From: Vicinamibacteria bacterium
Lineage (GTDB): Bacteria > Acidobacteriota > Vicinamibacteria > Marinacidobacterales > Marinacidobacteraceae
NCBI GenBank assembly: GCA_963422395.1
Contig: OY729431.1
Span: forward strand, 1,312,001-1,376,000
DNA: 64,000 nt
Direction of reading: 5' to 3'
Shown: positions 57,429 to 64,000 of the stretch, piece by piece
Layout: every line of letters begins with the position of its first letter
Numbering within the stretch: position 1 is the first letter of the stretch
Made by a program: the position numbers and the translations under genes
Notes under the pieces: generated by a model
What the model saw: only the letters and a program-made list of their open reading frames with translations
Databases searched by the model: none
What the model was told of the DNA's origin: nothing

Positions 57429-58240
57429 GAGCGCACGCTTTCGGTCTCTCGCATCTCCTTTCGCTGGCCTTCTCGTTCCTTGCCGCGCCGCTCTTCGCGC
57501 AGGCGGCTTCGCCGCTAGAGCTTCGGGAGGCTGTCCGGCTCTACGACGACGGCGACTATGAAGCGGCGGCCGCCGTCTGGCGGACGCTGCTGGAGGAAGA
57601 GGCCGCCGGCCTCGACCGGGCCGTGCTCCATTACAACCTGGGGAACGCTGAATTCCGGAACGGGAGGCTCGGGCGCGCGATGCTCCACTGGGAACGAACC
57701 CTGCTGTTGCGGCCGGGCGACGACGACGCGCTGGCGAACCTCGCGCTGGCGAGGGAGCTGCTCGGCCGCCGCCTCACGGAGACCGCTTCCTCAGATGTTC
57801 CGGACGACTTCGCGCGGGAACTCCTTCGCTCGATGGGGGGCTTCGCCGCCCGCTTCCGACGGATTCCTCCGGGGCGGTTCGCCGCTGTCCTGAGCGCCGC
57901 GGCGCTCGCCGCGGGGAGCCTCGGGACCCTGCTCCTGCTCGGTCGGCGCCGCCGGCTCTTCGGCTTCGCGCTGCTCGGCTGCCTCTTGGCGGCCGCCGGC
58001 TCGGGCAGTCTCCTCTGGCTCCGCCTCGGCGCTTCCCCGGTCGCGGTGGTGGTCGAACCGGGCGCTGCGCTTCGGAGCGGTCCCGGCGCTTCGTTTCCTC
58101 GACTCGCTTCGCTCCCGGAGGGTTTCTATCTGGAGCTCGGAGGAAGCGGGGGCGCTGCGGAGGATCGCTTCTTCCGAGTGCTCGCCGCCGGAATCGTGGG
58201 CTATGCCGACCGCGAAAGCGTGGCCCCAGTGGAGGAGTGA
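57425..58240 (+). CDS. BatE-like TPR + SH3 protein
   Basis: YNLGNA.FR.G.LG.A.L.WER...L.P.D.D...NL; TMs; LRSGPG..F......EG SH3-like tail. Confidence 0.8.
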   Translation: MRAHAFGLSHLLSLAFSFLAAPLFAQAASPLELREAVRLYDDGDYEAAAAVWRTLLEEEAAGLDRAVLHYNLGNAEFRNGRLGRAMLHWERTLLLRPGDDDALANLALARELLGRRLTETASSDVPDDFARELLRSMGGFAARFRRIPPGRFAAVLSAAALAAGSLGTLLLLGRRRRLFGFALLGCLLAAAGSGSLLWLRLGASPVAVVVEPGAALRSGPGASFPRLASLPEGFYLELGGSGGAAEDRFFRVLAAGIVGYADRESVAPVEE

Positions 58241-58354
58241 GGGCTTCACCGCTGGCTCGCCCCTTCTCCTCCGTCCGACTCATCCCGCCGCGGCCAACCC
58301 CCGTCGTCGGTGCCGCTGCGGGAGGGAGCGAGAAAACGGGAGAATAGAGGGCCG

Positions 58355-59788
58355 ATGGCGTTCGACCCGACCCGCCGGCAGTTCCTCTACCGGACTGCGC
58401 CCGCTGCCGGGGCGCTTTGGCCGGGAGCGCGCTTCCTCGAAGCCTCGATTCCCGAAGGCGGTGTTTCGTCGGTCCGCGGCACCGGGCAGCGCCGAGAGGA
58501 ACCGGCGCGGAGCCCAGCCGGGAAGGGGGTTTCCCCCTCTCTCCGGGAAGGAGCGGGGGATGCGGTTCGCAGCGAGCGGATCGCGGCCCGGATGGAAGCG
58601 CTCTCCCGGCTGGGCGCGACCCCGGAAGGTGGGATCTCGCGGACCGCGGGGAGCGACGCCGACCTGGCGGCGCGGAAGCTCTTCGCGGGCTGGCTCGAGG
58701 AGGCCGGACTTGGGGTTCGCTCCGACTTCGCCGGCAACCTGATCGGCCGTCTGGAGGGCGCCGACCCCGCTTTCCCGCCGCTGATGACCGGTTCCCACCT
58801 CGATTCCGTCCCCGACGGCGGCAACTTCGACGGGGTGGTGGGTTCGGTCGGGGCGCTCGAAGCGGCCCAGGCATTCGCCGAATCCGGGCAGCGGCTTCGG
58901 CACCCGCTCGAAGTCGCGGTGTTCTTCAACGAAGAGAACGGGAAGACCGGCAGTCGGGCGCTCGCCGGCGAGGTGACCGCCGAAGAGATGGGTCTTCCCG
59001 CATACGGCGGGCTCACCATCGGCGAGGCGCTCCGCCGGGTCGGAGGCGTTCCGGAGCGCATCGGCGAGGCCGCGCTTTCCCCGGGTGCGGTCTCCGGCTA
59101 TCTCGAACTGCACATCGAGCAGGGGCCGGTCCTCGATGCGGGCGGGATCGAGATCGGCGCCGTCGAGGGAATCGTCGGCATTCGCCGCTTCCGGGTCACG
59201 GTCTCCGGTTTCGCGAACCACGGTGGAACCACGGCCATGTCGATCCGGCGAGACGCCCTGGTCAGCGCGGGCCGTTTCATCGCCGCGGTGAGCGACGAAA
59301 CGCTGGCCCGCCCCGGCCGCCAGGTCGCCACGGTGGGGCGCATCGAGGCTCGCCCCGGCGCTCCGAATGTGATTCCCGGCGAAGTGGAACTGAGCCTCGA
59401 GATCCGGGACTTGCGGATGGAGACCATCGAATCGCACTACGGCCGTCTCCGTGAAGTGGGAGAGGAGATCGCCGCCCGCAACGGGACTTCCATCCGGTTC
59501 GAGCCCTACTACCTGAGCCGCGCCGCTCCCTGCGACCCCGGCTTTCTGGACCTGGTGGCCGACTCCGCCGGAGCCATCGGGCTCTCGGTCCTGCGGATGC
59601 CTTCGGGCGCCGGGCACGACGCTCAGTCGCTGGCAGCGTTGACGCCGATCGGCATGCTCTTCGTCCCGAGCCGCGACGGAATCAGTCACTCTCCGCGCGA
59701 GTTCACGAGCGTTGCCGACATCACGAACGGGACCCGGGTCCTCGCCGAGGCCCTCCGCCGGCTGGACGGATCCCGAAACGGGGCGTGA
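58355..59788 (+). CDS. M20 Zn-dependent hydrolase (allantoate amidohydrolase / N-carbamoylase family) with Tat signal
   Basis: TRRQFL twin-arginine motif; GSHLDSVP.GG.FDG, NEE, ELHIEQGP, NVIPG, SGAGHDA, GISHSP.E. Confidence 0.9.
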   Translation: MAFDPTRRQFLYRTAPAAGALWPGARFLEASIPEGGVSSVRGTGQRREEPARSPAGKGVSPSLREGAGDAVRSERIAARMEALSRLGATPEGGISRTAGSDADLAARKLFAGWLEEAGLGVRSDFAGNLIGRLEGADPAFPPLMTGSHLDSVPDGGNFDGVVGSVGALEAAQAFAESGQRLRHPLEVAVFFNEENGKTGSRALAGEVTAEEMGLPAYGGLTIGEALRRVGGVPERIGEAALSPGAVSGYLELHIEQGPVLDAGGIEIGAVEGIVGIRRFRVTVSGFANHGGTTAMSIRRDALVSAGRFIAAVSDETLARPGRQVATVGRIEARPGAPNVIPGEVELSLEIRDLRMETIESHYGRLREVGEEIAARNGTSIRFEPYYLSRAAPCDPGFLDLVADSAGAIGLSVLRMPSGAGHDAQSLAALTPIGMLFVPSRDGISHSPREFTSVADITNGTRVLAEALRRLDGSRNGA

Positions 59789-59791
59789 CGG

Positions 59792-60982
59792 GTGAGTCGC
59801 CCCCGCCAAACCTTTCGAAATGCGGGATCCCCGGTCGGGCATCCAGGCGTCAGCCGCCGAACACGAACTCTGCCGGCGACTCCGGCCCGCCGGAGGACCC
59901 GCCGCGGTTTCCTCACCGCGCAAGCCTCCGGAACCGCTGGGCACGAGGCCCCGAGCCCCGCGGAGTACGAGGCGTGGATCGCGCAATACCGGTCGGGGCG
60001 CTTCGTCGAGACCGCCCGGCGGCTCTCGAACCACCAGGCTTCGGATCTCCGGGAGGTGCAATCGGCGTTCGTCGACTCGCTTCCCCCGGCAGAGGTGGCG
60101 TCTGGTTTCTGGGGGCGGATCGCCGCGGCGCTGCTCCATGCCGAGGATCTGGCCCAGACGGGCTGGGGCGCCAGCACCCACCCCCGCCTGATCCGCGATC
60201 CGCTCCGCTCGCTCCCCGGACATTGGCCAGGTGCGGTATCCGCTCTCCATCGGGACGCGGCGCGGACGGCCTGGGGTGACGAGGCGGCCTCGAATCCACG
60301 CGAACTGTTCTTCCGGGAAACGATCCTGGCCGTCGCGCGCCTCCGGCTGGCTCGCCTCGACCTGGCCGCGGCGTCTCGGATTCTCGAACTGGCCGAGCCG
60401 CGGCGTGACGCGGCACTCAGGTGGCAACTCGCCGCCGTGTGGACGGTGCGGGCCCGATTCACCCGCGAGGAAGATCTTTGGCCGAAGGTGCGCGACCTGC
60501 TCGCCGATGCCGCTTCTCGCCGCTTCCTGGACTCCGCCGAAGGGCGGAGTTCTTCCCGGCTGGCGGCGAGAGCGCTCGCCGACCCCGACGACCGGAACTT
60601 GCGCCTCGCGGTAGCGCTGATCGGAATGGGCCGGAGGCAGGAGGCGGCCGACCGGCTGGCGCGGGTCAGCGAACGACCCGCGCCGCGGCTGCAGGTGCCG
60701 CGTTTGCTCCTCGAAGCGGAGGCGCACCGATTCCGCGGGCAGCTCCCCCGCGCCACCGTGCTGCTTCGGGAGGCCTCCCTCCTCGCTCCGGATTCGCAGG
60801 TGGTCATCGCAGCGCTGGTGGCGGCGCTCCAAGCCGCCGGCCTCTGGGACGAGGCGGCGGCGCTCGCCAACGACCGGCTCCGAGCCGGCGAGAGGACCCT
60901 TCCGTGGGCCGATTTCCTGCTGACCTGGGCATCGACCGACGAACCGGCACTCGACTGGCTGCGCAGCCTGGTGCGGGGGTGA
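59792..60982 (+). CDS. hypothetical helical/TPR-like protein (start uncertain)
   Basis: Fills the gap between coupled genes; Ala/Leu-rich helices with a TPR-like segment; its stop overlaps the next ATG. Confidence 0.6.
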   Translation: MSRPRQTFRNAGSPVGHPGVSRRTRTLPATPARRRTRRGFLTAQASGTAGHEAPSPAEYEAWIAQYRSGRFVETARRLSNHQASDLREVQSAFVDSLPPAEVASGFWGRIAAALLHAEDLAQTGWGASTHPRLIRDPLRSLPGHWPGAVSALHRDAARTAWGDEAASNPRELFFRETILAVARLRLARLDLAAASRILELAEPRRDAALRWQLAAVWTVRARFTREEDLWPKVRDLLADAASRRFLDSAEGRSSSRLAARALADPDDRNLRLAVALIGMGRRQEAADRLARVSERPAPRLQVPRLLLEAEAHRFRGQLPRATVLLREASLLAPDSQVVIAALVAALQAAGLWDEAAALANDRLRAGERTLPWADFLLTWASTDEPALDWLRSLVRG

Positions 60983-61869
60983 TGCGGCGCGCTCTGCCCC
61001 GTCGGATATCCGGCGTCGTTCTCCTTTTGGGGTTTTCGCTTCCGACCGACGCGGCGGAACAATTCCGGGTGGAGGCCCGCGCCGTGCTGGTGGATGTCGC
61101 GGTCACCGCCCGAGGCCCGGTGCGAGGGCTTCGCGAGGAGGATTTCGAATTGCTCGTCGCGGGGCGACCGAAACCGTTCCGGATGCTGGACCGGGAGAGT
61201 CTGGCTCTCGCGGTTCTCTTCGCGATGGACGGGAGTGCGAGCACTGCCGGAGACCGCCGTCTGCGGCTCGCCGATGGGGCACGCCGTTTCGCGGGAGCGT
61301 TGACCAGCCGCGATACCTGCGGGGTCGTATCGTTCTCCACGACCGCCCGCTGGGTACGCGAGTTCACCCCCTGCGGGCCGGATATCGGGGAGCGGCTGCT
61401 CCAGACCGCTCCGGGCGGCGCCACCGCGCTCTGGGATGGTGTCGTCCTCTCGCTGGCCGCGCTCCACGACGGTGCCGGGCGACCCGTCCTCCTGCTCTTC
61501 ACCGATGCCCAGGACAATTTGAGCTGGACGCGGCGGGAGCATCTCCGGCAGGCGGTCCAGGCTTCCGAAACGCTCCTCTACGCCATCGTGGCGCCGGCGC
61601 CGCGTGCCTCGCGCAACCTCCGTCCCGACGACTACGGCCCCCGGCTGCTCGATGAGCTGGCCGGGATCACCGGAGGCCGGGTGGTCACGATCCGTTCCGA
61701 CGCGGACCTCGAGGACGCCTTCGAGCAGGTGCTACTGGACCTCCGAGTCCGCTATGTGCTGGCCTTCACCCCCGATCCGGACCTAAAGGGTTTCGTCCCC
61801 ATCGAGGTGAGGGTCCGTTCGCGGCAGGTTCGGGTGCGCGCCCGCGCCGGCTACACCGCTCGTCCTTAG
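60982..61869 (+). CDS. VWA domain protein (Acidobacterial VWFA-related type)
   Basis: FRVEARAVLVDV.V...PV.GL..EDF, MIDAS DGSAS, TALWD, FTD..DN.S, TGGR, LR.RY.L.F, VRAR.GY. Confidence 0.88.
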   Translation: MRRALPRRISGVVLLLGFSLPTDAAEQFRVEARAVLVDVAVTARGPVRGLREEDFELLVAGRPKPFRMLDRESLALAVLFAMDGSASTAGDRRLRLADGARRFAGALTSRDTCGVVSFSTTARWVREFTPCGPDIGERLLQTAPGGATALWDGVVLSLAALHDGAGRPVLLLFTDAQDNLSWTRREHLRQAVQASETLLYAIVAPAPRASRNLRPDDYGPRLLDELAGITGGRVVTIRSDADLEDAFEQVLLDLRVRYVLAFTPDPDLKGFVPIEVRVRSRQVRVRARAGYTARP

Positions 61870-61968
61870 CAGCCTGTCTCCCGGCGGGGGGGCGCGGCGG
61901 ACGAGGCGCCTTCGCGAAGGGGGTCGAGGGGTCTTTCTCCCCGCGGTCGGTCAGCCAGCCAGTTGCGA

Positions 61969-62394
61969 TCAGCCGGCCGCGATCCGGGCGCTCGGCTCGT
62001 AGCGGATGTCCGGCGCGAGGCTGTGGAGCACACTGCAGTACTTCTCGAAGGAGAGCGCTACCGCTCGGTCGAGCCGGTCTTGGGCGAGACCGCCTCCGGA
62101 AGCGGTGAATTCCAGACGGATCCTCGTGAACCGGCGCGGGTGACCGTCGGTGCGGTCACCCGACACTCGAGCCGAGAGCCGCTTTGGCGCTGTGCGCATC
62201 CGCTTCAGGATCGACACCACATCGATCGCCATGCAGCCGGCCAGGGCGGCGAGCAGCGACTCCATGGGCGAGGCACCGGTCTTCGCCTCGCTGTCGAGCG
62301 CGATTCCGGCGCCGGACGGAGTGGTGACCGCGTACCCGGTCCCACCGTCCCATTCGAGATTCACATGCATCGGGAAGGGTCCCCCGTTCCTCAT
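61969..62394 (-). CDS. OsmC family protein (YhfA-like)
   Basis: SPMESLLAALAGC..IDV..IL, LSFEKYCSV; ATG overlaps the upstream stop. Confidence 0.9.
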   Translation of the reverse strand: MRNGGPFPMHVNLEWDGGTGYAVTTPSGAGIALDSEAKTGASPMESLLAALAGCMAIDVVSILKRMRTAPKRLSARVSGDRTDGHPRRFTRIRLEFTASGGGLAQDRLDRAVALSFEKYCSVLHSLAPDIRYEPSARIAAG

Positions 62395-63629
62395 TCGCGG
62401 TGAAGGACGAGCGACACATTCGTGCCGCCGAATCCGAAAGAGTTCGAGAGCGCCCACTCCGCCCCGGTCGGGGTCGGCCGCAGCACCGGAGGGTAGTCGG
62501 CGAGCTCGGGGTCGAGCGGCTCGGCGTTCACCGAGGGCGCGATCCAGCCTTCGCGGAGCATCAGCAGGGTGAACCCCGCCTCGAGAGCTCCGGCGGCGGA
62601 CACCGTGTGGCCGGTATAGCCCTTCGTCGAACCGTAGGGCACGAGGCGCTCGCCGAAGACCCGGCGGATCGCGCGGACTTCGGAGATATCTCCGAGCGGA
62701 GTGGAGGTCCCGTGGGTATTGATGTACCCGATGAGGCCCGCCGGGAGGCGGGCGTTGTGGAGCGCTCGGCGAATCGCCAGCTCTGCCCCATCGCTGTCCG
62801 GCGCCACCATCTCCCCGGTGCCGTCGGACGACATGCCGAAGCCGCGGATCGAGCCGAGGATCTCCGCGCCCCGGTTCTCTGCCGATTCCCGGGTTTCGAT
62901 GGCCAACAGTCCGGCGCCCTCGCCGAACACGAAACCGGCCCGGTCGGCGGCGTAGGGTCGGGACGCCTGGCCTGGCCGCTCGTTGTCCAGCCGTGTGTAA
63001 GCGCGCATGGAATCGAAGCCGAGATGGAAGTGGACATCCTCGGCCTCGACTCCCCCGGCGAGCGCCTGATCCACGATGCCTTCCCGGACCCAGGAGGCCG
63101 CGATGAGCAGGTTGTAGGCCCCGCCGGCACAGGCCGCAGTGGCCGACACCGATGGGCCGCGCGTCTTCAGGACGGTGGCGAGATTCGCCGACACCGTGGA
63201 AGCCATGATGCGGGGAATCGTGGTCGGGAGTACCCGCACCCGGCCGCCCCGCGCCATCCGGCGCACGACATCGCGGTGGGTCTCGATCTCCCCCGTGCCG
63301 CTTCCCACCACCACCGCGAGCTCGCGGGTGGGGAGGCCCGACTGCTCGATGGCGAGCCGCGCGGCGCGCACCGCGAGGAGCGACATCCGTCCCATGAATC
63401 GTGTTTCGGAACGACCGAGGCCCAGCGCCTCGGGATCGATCTTCTCTCGGTAGGCGCCGATCAGCCGGCACCCGGTTTCGCACTGTACCCCCGGCTCGTA
63501 CACCGCGAAGGGGACTTCGGCCCCCGACCGCAGCGTCTCCCGGTGCGGCCCGATCCCGGTTCCTACCTGCGAGAGGAGGCCCATGCCGGTCACCACCGGG
63601 TCGCGGCGCGAGAGGGCGGTTTCGGACAA
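62391..63629 (-). CDS. fabB: beta-ketoacyl-ACP synthase, FabB-like
   Basis: Catalytic triad AAC / NTHGTST / GH; FabB-type segments MASTVSA.LAT, SDG..MVAP..GA, ASRPY..DR.GFV, SNSFGFGGTN. Confidence 0.8.
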   Translation of the reverse strand: MSETALSRRDPVVTGMGLLSQVGTGIGPHRETLRSGAEVPFAVYEPGVQCETGCRLIGAYREKIDPEALGLGRSETRFMGRMSLLAVRAARLAIEQSGLPTRELAVVVGSGTGEIETHRDVVRRMARGGRVRVLPTTIPRIMASTVSANLATVLKTRGPSVSATAACAGGAYNLLIAASWVREGIVDQALAGGVEAEDVHFHLGFDSMRAYTRLDNERPGQASRPYAADRAGFVFGEGAGLLAIETRESAENRGAEILGSIRGFGMSSDGTGEMVAPDSDGAELAIRRALHNARLPAGLIGYINTHGTSTPLGDISEVRAIRRVFGERLVPYGSTKGYTGHTVSAAGALEAGFTLLMLREGWIAPSVNAEPLDPELADYPPVLRPTPTGAEWALSNSFGFGGTNVSLVLHRE

Positions 63630-63773
63630 GGGCGGAGAGTCGGGGGCGACGCGGTTCCCTCCTACGATACTGCGGAAGCAGGGCCGCGGGAAGCCCCGTT
63701 CGACGGCGAGGGCGCACCGCCTGGGAGCCGTTGGGCTTCGCCGTTCCCGGTGCTCGCGCCACGCTGCCCCTTC

Positions 63774-63790
63774 TTTCCCCAGTCTGCTAG
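63774..63790. mobile_element. degenerate MITE/IS1182-type end
   Basis: TTTCCCCAGTCTG|CTAG has 2 mismatches to TTTCCACAGGCTG. Preceded by GCTCGCGCCAC and GGGCTTCGCCG, also present in the other MITE copies. Confidence 0.45.
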
Positions 63791-63849
63791 ATTGTTGGAC
63801 CGGATCTTCGGGCTTGGGGTGTTTCGAGGAGTGCGGGGAAACGATAACG

Positions 63850-64000
63850 ATGACGCATAGACTGCGTGCGCTCTTACGAACCCGGACAGCGACCCGGCAG
63901 GCGCTGATTCTGGCGGCAGGAATCCTCTTGGCAGGAGTCGCGGGGGCCTTCGCCGCTTCCCCGGCGGCTCTCGTCCAGGACCGCCTCGACGGCCCCCGCT
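63850..64000 (+). CDS. secreted protein, N-terminal fragment running off the window
   Basis: Open frame MTHRLRALLRTRTATRQALILAAGILLAGVAGAFAASPAALVQDRLDGPR with a signal-peptide pattern. Confidence 0.6.
   Translation, partial: MTHRLRALLRTRTATRQALILAAGILLAGVAGAFAASPAALVQDRLDGPR

Noticed and set aside
58280-60832. 850-aa minus-strand ORF
   Set aside because: Antisense to the M20 hydrolase and the following gene; no recognisable domain.
1-64000. tRNA, rRNA or known riboswitch
   Set aside because: No cloverleaf, rRNA-like segment or recognisable aptamer seen by eye; an Infernal/Rfam scan would be needed to exclude them.

Overview
High-GC bacterial chromosomal segment, most consistent with Acidobacteriota. 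This is an inference from the GWxTD protein, Oar-type TonB receptor, Acidobacterial-type VWA protein and an adaptor+ABC ATPase pair with no permease. It is dominated by secreted hydrolases (two S9, two M20, M28, M19, a serine hydrolase, GGT, a VPS10/BNR protein, CapA, an alkaline-phosphatase family protein) and also holds a MoxR/DUF58/BatA-E operon, an octaheme HAO-family cytochrome with a duplicated-domain membrane partner, a GCS2-CBS fusion, and fabB-like/osmC genes. Accessory elements: (i) a type I Zorya anti-phage locus (35124-42645, minus) in which zorC and zorD read as one 1638-aa ORF, apparently because of a single frameshift; (ii) a frameshifted IS1182-family element with CTAA target duplication, plus several related MITE ends, two of which create extended -10 motifs; (iii) a modular tandem array of hairpin repeats (23965-24760) with a rearranged copy at 17693-17870. 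Window-wide signals: several apparently leaderless genes, a sigma-54 promoter with a candidate enhancer site, and apparent ACGT avoidance. No rRNA, tRNA or CRISPR array was recognised. All family calls come from motif recognition by eye; no searches were run.
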